Shown here in pieces: positions 1 to 6,974 of a DNA stretch of 24,000 nt. Source of the DNA: Peribacillus kribbensis DSM 17871 (lineage in GTDB: Bacteria; Bacillota; Bacilli; Bacillales; DSM-1321); contig NZ_AUMQ01000029.1 of the NCBI RefSeq assembly GCF_000430765.1, positions 36,551 through 60,550 of the forward strand, in the 5' to 3' direction. The notes under the pieces were generated by a model. The model saw only the letters and a list, made by a program, of their open reading frames with translations. It had not been told where the DNA came from and did no database searches. The first letter of the stretch is position 1; each line of letters opens with the position of its first letter. The translations under genes were made by a program, and so were the position numbers.

Positions 1-174
1 AACGCAGAAAAAGGTTTTGGATTCATCGAGCGCGAAGGCGGAGACGATGTATTCGTACACTTCTCAGCTATCCAAGGAGACGGCTTCAAGACTCTTGAAG
101 AAGGTCAAGACGTTTCTTTCGACGTTGAACAAGGTCAACGCGGACCACAAGCAACTAACGTTGTAAAATTATAA
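1..174 (+). CDS. Cold-shock protein (CspC/CspD-like), N-terminus cut by window edge
   Basis: Frame 1 reads [57 protein letters not shown], then TAA at 172-174. It carries the cold-shock-domain RNP1 (KGFGFI) and RNP2 (VFVHF) motifs. It closely resembles B. subtilis CspC/CspD as I remember them. Confidence 0.93.
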   Translation, partial: NAEKGFGFIEREGGDDVFVHFSAIQGDGFKTLEEGQDVSFDVEQGQRGPQATNVVKL

Positions 175-194
175 TATTTGTACAACATACAATG

Positions 195-228
195 GACAGG
201 TTCTCTTTAGAGCCTGTCTTTTCTTTTT
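195..228 (+). terminator. Rho-independent terminator of the cold-shock gene
   Basis: GACAGG (195-200) pairs with CCTGTC (213-218), with inner CTC/GAG pairing. It is followed by TTTTCTTTTT and starts about 20 nt after the stop codon. Confidence 0.75.
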
Positions 229-327
229 ACAGGGATCGTCTTCCGGCAGCTGGTAAGTCACGGAGTCTTGCCAGGACCAGTTTGGAAAGAAGCTCTGTAT
301 TACGGGTGACTGCGATAAACGGCAAAA

Positions 328-372
328 AGACTGCAGGGAAAACACGATTCTCACCGCGCTTATCTGCAGTCT
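328..372 (-). terminator. Probable terminator of the PTS gene
   Basis: A 9-bp stem, AGACTGCAG (328-336) / CTGCAGTCT (364-372), is followed on the minus strand by TTTTTGCC. It lies about 30 nt downstream of the PTS stop (TAG, 403-405). The loop is long (27 nt), so the call is moderate. Confidence 0.5.
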
Positions 373-402
373 GGTAACTACTCATTCTAAGAATCTTTGA
401 TA

Positions 403-1848
403 CTACTTTCTAATCTTATCAATTTCATCCGCTACAAATTGAACCGAAGTTCCCACAATAACCTGAATGCTGTGAGGCCCGACTACATTGATTCCTGGAA
501 CGCCTGTGGATTTAATTTTTTCTTTATCCACTGTATCCATATCTTTGACTTCCACCCGCAAACGGGTTACACAGTTGTCTACAGATGTAACGTTCTCGTC
601 TCCCCCAAGTCCCTCATAAATGCGGGCAGCCATGATGGCAAATCTATCATTACCCGCCGCTGTCGGTTCTGCAGCATCTGCAGCTTCAGCTTCCTCCGAC
701 CGTCCAGGAGTGGATAAGTTGAACTTCGTGATCAGGAATCTGAACAAGAAATAATAAATCACAGCAAATACCAGACCCTGTACAATCAGCATATACGGCT
801 TATTGGCCAGAGGGAGCCTTGAGCTGAGTACGAAGTCGATGAAACCTGCACTGAACCCAAATCCTGCCGTCCAGTGGAATAGAGATGCAATCGCTAAAGA
901 AATTCCTGTCAAGACCGCATGGACCACATATAGCGCCGGTGCAGCAAACATGAATGAAAATTCAAGCGGCTCAGTGACTCCGGTAAAGAAGGATGCGAAC
1001 CCTGCTGCAAGCATGAGGGAAGCCACCTGTTTTTTCTGTTTGGTTTTTGCGGTATGATACATGGCCAGCGCCGCAGCAGGCAGGCCGAACATCATCACAG
1101 GGAAGTATCCTGCCTGATACATGCCTGTAACCCCTTTTGTACCTTTCCCGGCCCAGAAGTTTCCGATGTCATTAATTCCAGCGACATCAAACCAGAATAC
1201 CGAGTTCAGTGCGTGGTGGAGTCCCGTTGGAATCAAAAGCCTGTTGAAGAATCCATATAATCCTGCGCCTGCAAAGCCCATTTTACTGATTGCCTCTCCG
1301 AATGAAACCAGAGCCGTGAAGATCGCCGGCCATACAAAGAGCATAACCAACGAAACAACCAGCATGGAAACGGCTGACATGATTGGGACAAGGCGCTTTC
1401 CGCTGAAAAACGCCAGTGCGTCGGGCAGTTTAACATGGCTGAAGCGGTTGTACATCATGGAAGCGACGAGCCCTGATAAAATACCCACAAAAGGATTTTT
1501 AATCTTTTCAAATGCAGGGTTTACATCCCCAGCCTTGATGCCCTTTAACATCGCCACACTATCAGTTGATAAAATCGTAGTAATGACCAGGAACGCCACG
1601 AGCCCGGCTAGCGCAGCGGAGCCGTCTTTTTGCTTTGCCATTCCAAGGGCGACACCTACAGCAAAAAGAATAGGCAGATTATCGATTATGGAAGATCCTG
1701 CTTTGATCAAAAAGGCGGCAACAGAGTTTTCAGCCCCCCACCCAGTTGGGTCGATCCAGTAGCCAATCCCCATCAGGATGGCTGCAGCAGGGAGCACTGC
1801 AACCGGCAGCATCAATGACCTGCCGATCCGTTGTAAATAATTCATCAT
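403..1848 (-). CDS. PTS glucose/N-acetylglucosamine-family transporter, EIICB components (no EIIA domain)
   Basis: 481-aa ORF with AGGAGG 9 nt upstream of the ATG at 1848. The N-terminal part is a multi-TM EIIC with glucose-family motifs (DNLPILFAVGVALG, IPTGLHH). The C-terminal EIIB domain has the phosphorylatable Cys in SVDNCVTRLRVEV. I cannot tell NagP-like from PtsG/GamP-like specificity by eye. Confidence 0.9.
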   Translation of the reverse strand: MMNYLQRIGRSLMLPVAVLPAAAILMGIGYWIDPTGWGAENSVAAFLIKAGSSIIDNLPILFAVGVALGMAKQKDGSAALAGLVAFLVITTILSTDSVAMLKGIKAGDVNPAFEKIKNPFVGILSGLVASMMYNRFSHVKLPDALAFFSGKRLVPIMSAVSMLVVSLVMLFVWPAIFTALVSFGEAISKMGFAGAGLYGFFNRLLIPTGLHHALNSVFWFDVAGINDIGNFWAGKGTKGVTGMYQAGYFPVMMFGLPAAALAMYHTAKTKQKKQVASLMLAAGFASFFTGVTEPLEFSFMFAAPALYVVHAVLTGISLAIASLFHWTAGFGFSAGFIDFVLSSRLPLANKPYMLIVQGLVFAVIYYFLFRFLITKFNLSTPGRSEEAEAADAAEPTAAGNDRFAIMAARIYEGLGGDENVTSVDNCVTRLRVEVKDMDTVDKEKIKSTGVPGINVVGPHSIQVIVGTSVQFVADEIDKIRK

Positions 1849-2007
1849 ATTAGATTTCCTCCTGTAACTTGCTTAATGCACTGTCAATCCTGCAGTCTTA
1901 TCGCTCCCTCCTTTACCATGTTGATTGAATCGAAGCCATTTTTTAATACCAGCCTGGTGGAAAAAATTACGAATAAGAACCAAAAGTGGGATAGGCTTCC
2001 TATTTTC

Positions 2008-2037
2008 ATTATAGTTGCTAAGTTTGCAATTATTCAA
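2008..2037 (-). promoter_or_regulatory. Sigma-A-type promoter of the PTS gene
   Basis: Minus strand reads TTGAAT (2037-2032), an 18-nt spacer, then TATAAT (2013-2008). This predicts a leader of about 150 nt before the ATG at 1848. Confidence 0.6.
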
Positions 2038-2039
2038 TA

Positions 2040-2056
2040 TGTCAGTTAATTTTACA
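2040..2056 (-). promoter_or_regulatory. TnrA/GlnR-type box (TGTNA-N7-TNACA)
   Basis: Plus strand TGTCAGTTAATTTTACA (minus strand TGTAAAATTAACTGACA) is a perfect match to the 17-bp TGTNA-N7-TNACA motif with an A/T-rich centre. It lies 2 nt upstream of the PTS -35 hexamer, centred at about -47 relative to the predicted start. Confidence 0.5.
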
Positions 2057-2212
2057 AAAAATAAAAACCAGTCCGGAGACTGGTTTTTTAGCCGCATATG
2101 CCGTTTCTAATAAGAAAGTTCTAAACCACCACTCCTCAAAGTGGGTGTTTGCAGAAACGATCCTGTATGTCCTTCCGGTCGTATAGACGAAGGCCTGCCA
2201 TTCCTGTTTCAA
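2042..2212 (-). other. Candidate unannotated small ORF (56 codons, TTG start) or structured RNA; not resolved
   Basis: GGGAG (2224-2220) lies 7 nt upstream of TTG (2212), with in-frame TAA and TAG just upstream. The translation is MKQEWQAFVYTTGRTYRIVSANTHFEEWWFRTFLLETAYAAKKPVSGLVFIFCKIN. The last ~17 codons are encoded by the 2063-2088 terminator hairpin and its T-run, which argues against a genuine CDS. The same stretch has mutually exclusive GAAAC / CGTTTC / GAAACG pairings and two local hairpins. Confidence 0.25.
2063..2088 (-). terminator. Bidirectional intrinsic terminator hairpin
   Basis: AAAAACCAGTC (2063-2073) and GACTGGTTTTT (2078-2088) form a perfect stem with loop CGGA. T-runs follow on both strands (minus: TTTTTATTTTTT). 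Confidence 0.8.
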
Positions 2213-2251
2213 TATAAAACTCCCTATTACAGCTTAAAGGTTAAAACTTTA

Positions 2252-2284
2252 TTATGAATATCGCACAAAGCAGCTTATGAATAT
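2252..2284. repeat. 10-bp perfect direct repeat TTATGAATAT x2, 23 bp start-to-start
   Basis: TTATGAATAT occurs at 2252-2261 and again at 2275-2284. The pair sits immediately downstream of the stop of the 2293-2541 ORF and upstream of the candidate small ORF/RNA. Confidence 0.7.
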
Positions 2285-2292
2285 ATTCTATG

Positions 2293-2541
2293 CTAAAACG
2301 CGGGAATAATCAATGGAAATGCCTGGAGGTAAAAAATAAAAAAGGAATCATTTCTGCTCTGCGGCGGCAAATGATTCCTTTTCTTATATTTTTTCTCCAG
2401 CTTTGTTATTCTTTCACGTTTTGTTGGTGTCCATTTTGTGATGGGCGATATTCCGCACCAGTCTGTTCTGCTGTTTATTGGATTTCTATGCCCTTCCCTG
2501 ACTTTTTTGTCCCGGATTTTTCGAGCTCTGCTCTTGGCCAT
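2293..2541 (-). CDS. Small Lys/Arg-rich hypothetical protein (82 aa as drawn)
   Basis: Strong RBS AAGGAGG lies 8 nt upstream of the ATG at 2541. The N-terminal ~55 aa is basic and protein-like (MAKSRARKIRDKKVREGHRNPINSRTDWCGISPITKWTPTKRERITKLEKKYKK). I do not recognise the family. The C-terminal ~25 codons run through the hairpin at 2343-2379. Confidence 0.6.
   Translation of the reverse strand: MAKSRARKIRDKKVREGHRNPINSRTDWCGISPITKWTPTKRERITKLEKKYKKRNHLPPQSRNDSFFIFYLQAFPLIIPAF
2343..2379 (-). terminator. Bidirectional terminator-like hairpin inside the 3-prime end of the small ORF
   Basis: AGGAATCATTT (2343-2353) and AAATGATTCCT (2369-2379) form a perfect 11-bp stem. It is followed on the minus strand by TTTTTTATTTTTT and on the plus strand by TTTTCTTATATTTTTT. 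Confidence 0.7.
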
Positions 2542-2653
2542 ACTTCATGCCTCCTTATGGTATCTTTCTTATTCTATTCTTAAACTTTAAAAACGGCTAT
2601 AAGAAGAGGGCTCTTATCCCGGGTATCGTACAAAGGATAAAAACCCTGGTGGA

Positions 2654-3154
2654 TCAGTGAGCTGTTTTGGGAGGAAGATTCCCTGCCAGCTTTTCACGAA
2701 ACTTTTTATATTGCATATACATGGCAACTCTCCATGGCAGAATCATGCTGAATGCCAATAGAAAGAACATGCCGCTCAGCTGTCCAACTTCAATGGTGCT
2801 GCTTAGTATCACTTTGGCAGCGATTCTTATGATCAATAATCCTACGAGGATAAAGATAAACGCCTTTGATCTTTTTAGATAGATCTCATTGTCCCTGATC
2901 TCAAAGGTCGACGTTTTGATTAATAATATAGAGAACAATAATCCGGCAATAACGGTTTCCAATATTTCTGAGTGGGTCACTCTAAACACAGGACTAAAAT
3001 ACATAAATGCTCCTGTACTCATAAAGATGGGAGGCAAAATAATCTTTCTGCCGGATACCGGCCGTTTAGCAGCCTTCATCCGTACGATGATCACAAAAGA
3101 TGCCATTACCGCAGCCAGGATAGTTGAAATAATGATCGTCAAGATTTGTTCCAC
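2654..3154 (-). CDS. ccdC: Cytochrome c biogenesis-associated membrane protein CcdC (YneJ, DUF1453)
   Basis: Polytopic membrane ORF. It is similar to B. subtilis YneJ (RMKAAKRPVSGRKIILPPIFMSTGAFMY) and sits in the ccdA-ccdB-ccdC order. The true start may be TTG at 3142, which has AAGGGTGG 8 nt upstream, rather than GTG at 3154. Confidence 0.85.
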   Translation of the reverse strand: MEQILTIIISTILAAVMASFVIIVRMKAAKRPVSGRKIILPPIFMSTGAFMYFSPVFRVTHSEILETVIAGLLFSILLIKTSTFEIRDNEIYLKRSKAFIFILVGLLIIRIAAKVILSSTIEVGQLSGMFFLLAFSMILPWRVAMYMQYKKFREKLAGNLPPKTAH

Positions 3155-3424
3155 CCTTTACAAAGAAAGTTCTTCCTATTCTCTATATTATATTTCCTGC
3201 TGAAAAAATCAAGCTTGGACGGAGGAGATTTTTTCGAATGACTCGAGGATGTCTGTTCGCAGGTCAATCAGGAGTCTCACACCTTTCGCTCCAAACAACA
3301 TGTTGTAACCATTGAAACCATGCCTCATAAAATTTTTGTAAGAAGCAACTTTTTAGAAAAAGGCAAAAATAAAGAGCCAGTCCCCCTATATGAAACTATG
3401 CTCCTTTTAATTTTAGTATGCCAG

Positions 3425-3784
3425 TCAGTTCAAAACCCGGTTAACAGCTTCCATGACCCGTGATTCGTCAAATGGTTTAACAATAAAATCCTTCGCACCT
3501 GCTTCAATGGATTCCACCACCATTTTCTGCTGACCCATTGCAGAACACATAATAATTTTCGTCTCGGGACAGTCTCTCCTTATTTCCCTGACCGCTTCAA
3601 TCCCGCTCATTTGCGGCATGGTAATATCCATGATCACCAAATCGGGACGGAGTTCTTTCGCAAGCTTTACTGCTTCAGGGCCGTTTTCTGCTTCGCCTGC
3701 AATCTCATGGCTGGCATGCACTAAGATAGCAGAGAGAGTCATCCTCATAAATTTTGCATCATCGACTACTAAAATTCTAGCCAT
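3425..3784 (-). CDS. ccdB: Single-domain CheY-like response regulator CcdB (YneI)
   Basis: ATG at 3784 is preceded by GGAGG; the track ORF extends to 3802. Receiver-domain residues are present: VVDD, the phospho-acceptor Asp in LVIMDITMP, CSAMG and VKPF. There is no output domain. Confidence 0.9.
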   Translation of the reverse strand: MARILVVDDAKFMRMTLSAILVHASHEIAGEAENGPEAVKLAKELRPDLVIMDITMPQMSGIEAVREIRRDCPETKIIMCSAMGQQKMVVESIEAGAKDFIVKPFDESRVMEAVNRVLN

Positions 3785-3849
3785 TTTTCGTTCCTCCCCC
3801 ATATAGCAAAGCCTGGAGCTTTTTCTATTATTTAGTAAGATATACTTTA

Positions 3850-3878
3850 ACTATATCGGACTTTTTGACTATTTTCAA
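3850..3878 (-). promoter_or_regulatory. Putative sigma-A promoter upstream of ccdB
   Basis: Minus strand reads TTGAAA (3878-3873), a 17-nt spacer, then TATAGT (3855-3850). Confidence 0.45.
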
Positions 3879-4021
3879 TTCCTTTGATGAGACAAAAGAC
3901 AGGACTGTTTTCGCAAACTTAGTTGCTTGGGTACAAGGTGGTTGATTTCCCCTCATAACTCTTTCTTTAAAAAAACAACATCTTTAGAAAAGAGCCAAAA
4001 ATATATTTCCCTTTAAAAAAA

Positions 4022-4729
4022 TTAAAAGCCCTGAAAACCTCCAAACACTCCTGAAAGGAAGGATGTCAACCTGGTCATCCAGTCGAAAAACAGTACGATT
4101 CCCATAAAAATCATGATAAGCCCGCCCGCTTTGACAATCACAGGGCTGTGTTTCTTCATCCATTTCATTCGTCCTATAAAGAAGGATAAGATAAAAAACG
4201 GAACTGCAAAACCAAGAGTGTACGACAGCATATAAATGACACTTGATTCAGGATGTGTACCCGCCAGGCCAAGGACTGTCATTAAAATAGGTCCGGTGCA
4301 TGGCGTCCACCCGGCAGCAAAGGCCAAGCCGATCAGAACAGAACCTGCATATCCTCCTGGACGGTTTTTAAATTCGAATCTACGTTCTGCCATCAGGAAT
4401 TTGAACTGAACGAAGCCCGCAATGACAAGGCCGAAAAATACCATTAGAATGGCTCCGAGCTGCCGGATTAAATCCTTATATGCATAGAAAAACGAGCCAA
4501 TCAGCGTGGAGCCATACCCCAGCGCAACGAAAATAACAGAAAAACCTGCTAAAAAGAAAAGGGTATGCAAAAAGCTTCGCTTATTATACATTCCTTTGTC
4601 CGTTTTAAGTTCACCGACGCTCATGCCGGTTATGTATGATAAAAAAGCTGGATATAATGGCAGGCAGCATGGAGAAACAAAGCTTAAAAAGCCTGCCCCG
4701 CCGGCAATCAGAATATTTACGTCGCTCAC
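4022..4729 (-). CDS. ccdA: Cytochrome c-type biogenesis thiol-disulfide transporter CcdA
   Basis: 235-aa six-TM ORF with a GTG start preceded by AGGAG. The two conserved Cys-containing motifs are present (FVSPCCLPLYP and AGWTPCTGPIL). Confidence 0.93.
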   Translation of the reverse strand: MSDVNILIAGGAGFLSFVSPCCLPLYPAFLSYITGMSVGELKTDKGMYNKRSFLHTLFFLAGFSVIFVALGYGSTLIGSFFYAYKDLIRQLGAILMVFFGLVIAGFVQFKFLMAERRFEFKNRPGGYAGSVLIGLAFAAGWTPCTGPILMTVLGLAGTHPESSVIYMLSYTLGFAVPFFILSFFIGRMKWMKKHSPVIVKAGGLIMIFMGIVLFFDWMTRLTSFLSGVFGGFQGF

Positions 4730-4868
4730 TGTACCAACTCCTATGTATTTTTAATCCCTGCAAACCAATTTTAACGCATTGAAATTTAAATGGACACTCC
4801 TATTACTACTCCTTCTTCAAGGATTTCAATCATATAACATTTTTTATTTTGAAATTGAGATGTTTTGT

Positions 4869-4897
4869 TTGAATTTATTTCCATCCTGTTTTATACT
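4869..4897 (+). promoter_or_regulatory. Putative sigma-A promoter of the Spo0E-like gene
   Basis: TTGAAT (4869-4874), a 17-nt spacer, then TATACT (4892-4897). A second TATACT lies 10 bp later (4902-4907) because of a tandem TTTTATACT duplication. Confidence 0.45.
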
Positions 4898-4943
4898 TTT
4901 TTATACTAATACATTTCTTGTTTGTTAGAAAGGATTTCCAATC

Positions 4944-5129
4944 GTGAGAAGAGATGACCTTTTAACTCAAATAGAACAAAAAAGGACTGAAATGATCTTT
5001 ACCGCCGCAAAGTATGGTCTTTGTTCTGTTCCAGCCTTGAAAAGAAGCCAGGAGCTGGACAGACTGTTGAATCAATACAGCCAATACACTTTAAAAAGCA
5101 AATTGCAGACTGCCACTTCCTTCCTATAA
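4944..5129 (+). CDS. ynzD: Spo0E-family sporulation regulatory aspartyl-phosphate phosphatase (YnzD-like)
   Basis: 61-aa ORF with a GTG start. It has the Spo0E signature SQELDRLLNQY and occupies the same position next to ccdA as B. subtilis ynzD. Confidence 0.8.
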   Translation: MRRDDLLTQIEQKRTEMIFTAAKYGLCSVPALKRSQELDRLLNQYSQYTLKSKLQTATSFL

Positions 5130-5173
5130 AAAACCGGCATACAGCGGGATTCCCTCCTGCATGCCGGTTTTTT
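5128..5173. terminator. Bidirectional terminator between ynzD-like gene and ABC operon
   Basis: AAAAAACCGGCAT (5128-5140) pairs with ATGCCGGTTTTTT (5161-5173), flanked by A and T runs. It sits between convergent genes. Confidence 0.75.
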
Positions 5174-5176
5174 ACG

Positions 5177-6973
5177 TTAATTGACCCTTTCCTCTATCCG
5201 GTGCGCCAATCCATTCTGCAGCAGATACATTTTATAATAAAGGCCCTGCAGGGAAAGAAGCTCCTGATGAGTGCCTCTCTCAACAATTTCCCCTTGATGC
5301 AGGACGAGAATTTGATCTGCATCCTGGATCGTGGAAAGACGGTGGGCGATCGAAATCGTGGTTCTTCCTTTTCTCATTTCCTCAAGCGCTTTTTGGATGG
5401 ATTCCTCGGTTTCAGTATCAATGTTTGCCGTCGCTTCATCCAGCACCAGAATTTTCGGATTGGCGGCAATGGTCCGCGCAAACGCAATCAGCTGCCGCTG
5501 CCCGCTTGAGAAGGTTGAACCCCTCTCCACTACTTCATGATCATATGCTTCCGGCAGCTTCTCAATAAATGTATGTGCCTGGACAAACCGTGCGGCAGCT
5601 TCTATCCCGGAATCTGTGATGTCCGGATTATGCAGTCTGATGTTATCCTTAATGCTTCCATAAAAAAGAAAGGCATCCTGCAGCACCAGTCCCAGCTGCT
5701 TTCTTAATTCAGTATCCTGATAATCCTTGATGGAGACGCCATCTATTAAAATCTCCCCGCGTTCAAACTCATAAAAGCGCATCATTAAATTAATGATCGA
5801 GCTTTTGCCGCTTCCGGTGTGCCCGACCAACGCCACGGTTTCACCCGGCCGTGCTGTAAAACTGATATTTTTTAGAACATCCCGCCTTCCATCGTAGGAG
5901 AAGCTGACATTTCTAAATTCTACTTCCCCTTCCCGAATAGAGTTTGCCATACCTCCAGCCTGCCCTGGTGCAAGCTCAGTCTCGTCGATGATTTTAAACA
6001 CCCGCTCTCCGGCAATAAGCGCCTGCTGGAACAGGGATAACCGCATCATGACTTGATTAAGGGGTTCAAAAAAACGGTCGATATAATTGACGAAGGCATA
6101 GATCACCCCGATCTGGATCGAGCTGTCAATGGAAGAAAGTCCGAAAAAGCTCAGCACAATGATAAGTGCTAACGCATAAATAAGATCGATGGCCGGGCGG
6201 AGGAGAAGTCCATCCACTTTTATATTCTTCATCCCCGCCTCAAAGTGCTTTTCATTGATATCTTCAAATTCCTTACGGAGACGTTTTTCCTGCCTGAATA
6301 CCTGAATAATCGCCATACCCTGCAGCGATTCATTGATTTTCGCATTCAGCTGGCTCAGCCTCTCGCGCATATCCTGATAATAAATCGAGCTATATTTGCG
6401 GTAGGCAACGATGACAAGGAAAATGATCGGCAGGATGACCAAACAGAAAAACGCGAGTTTCACATTCAGGATAAACATCGCGATAAAAATGCCAGTAAGC
6501 TGGAAGGCACTTTGAATGAAGGTGCTTATGACACTTACAAACATATCTTTGATCGCTTCTGTATCGTTCGTGATCCTGGAAACCAGGCTTCCTCCCGGAG
6601 TTTTGTCAAAATACTTCATTCCAAGCATCTGGACTTTTGAAAAGATATCAATACGAAGGTGCTGAATAATTTTCAAGGCGATTTCCTGGAATTTCAGCAG
6701 CTGGAAGTACAGGAAAAAAATCATGGCCACCTGGATGCTGATATAGGCAGCAGCCAGCCGTGTGATTGCCTGTACATCCATATTTCTCGGCCTTAAATGG
6801 TTATCGATAAATACCTTAATAATGATGGGACCGTATATATTGCCCAGTGTCATCATCAGAAGACAGAAAAAAGCGATGACAATGGTCTTTTTATACGGCT
6901 TTGCATAGCCAAGAAGACGGAAAAGAATGTCACGCTGTTCTTTTCCGGTCAATTTCCGGTTATTTGTATCCAT
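5177..6973 (-). CDS. ABC exporter half-transporter (TMD-NBD), chain 2 of a heterodimer; consensus catalytic site, non-canonical signature motif
   Basis: The start is taken as ATG 6973, one nt after the upstream TAA (6975-6977), with GGAGGG inside the upstream gene end; the track ORF extends to 7039. Motifs: Walker A GHTGSGKS, Walker B ILVLDEAT (catalytic Glu present), signature FSSGQRQ (deviates from LSGGQ), H-loop IAHRL. Confidence 0.9.
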   Translation of the reverse strand: MDTNNRKLTGKEQRDILFRLLGYAKPYKKTIVIAFFCLLMMTLGNIYGPIIIKVFIDNHLRPRNMDVQAITRLAAAYISIQVAMIFFLYFQLLKFQEIALKIIQHLRIDIFSKVQMLGMKYFDKTPGGSLVSRITNDTEAIKDMFVSVISTFIQSAFQLTGIFIAMFILNVKLAFFCLVILPIIFLVIVAYRKYSSIYYQDMRERLSQLNAKINESLQGMAIIQVFRQEKRLRKEFEDINEKHFEAGMKNIKVDGLLLRPAIDLIYALALIIVLSFFGLSSIDSSIQIGVIYAFVNYIDRFFEPLNQVMMRLSLFQQALIAGERVFKIIDETELAPGQAGGMANSIREGEVEFRNVSFSYDGRRDVLKNISFTARPGETVALVGHTGSGKSSIINLMMRFYEFERGEILIDGVSIKDYQDTELRKQLGLVLQDAFLFYGSIKDNIRLHNPDITDSGIEAAARFVQAHTFIEKLPEAYDHEVVERGSTFSSGQRQLIAFARTIAANPKILVLDEATANIDTETEESIQKALEEMRKGRTTISIAHRLSTIQDADQILVLHQGEIVERGTHQELLSLQGLYYKMYLLQNGLAHRIEERVN

Positions 6974-6974
6974 A

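Noticed and set aside
230-327. A roughly 100-nt stretch between the csp terminator and the PTS terminator, with a short GTCAC/GTGAC inverted repeat, considered as a possible sRNA.
   Set aside because: No promoter-like elements, only a 5-bp stem, and no terminator of its own. The evidence is insufficient.
1861-1890. RAT-like sequence (minus strand GGATTGACAGTGCATTAAGCAAGTTACAGG) in the PTS leader, reminiscent of BglG/LicT/GlcT antiterminator targets.
   Set aside because: Similarity to the RAT consensus is only partial. The element overlaps the RBS rather than the 5-prime half of a terminator, and no terminator follows it before the start codon. No antiterminator gene is present in the window.
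3209-3328. 39-codon ORF (MRHGFNGYNMLFGAKGVRLLIDLRTDILESFEKISSVQA) in the ccdB-ccdC spacer.
   Set aside because: There is no Shine-Dalgarno sequence upstream and no recognisable features. It is likely a chance ORF.
4819-4943. Repeated AAGGATTTC(C)AATC (4819-4831 and 4930-4943), the second copy being the RBS region of the Spo0E-like gene, plus the tandem TTTTATACT duplication at 4889-4907.
   Set aside because: These are short AT-rich repeats in an intergenic region. The first copy is followed by ATA TAA, with no start codon. They are most simply explained as promoter or RBS-like sequence redundancy or chance.
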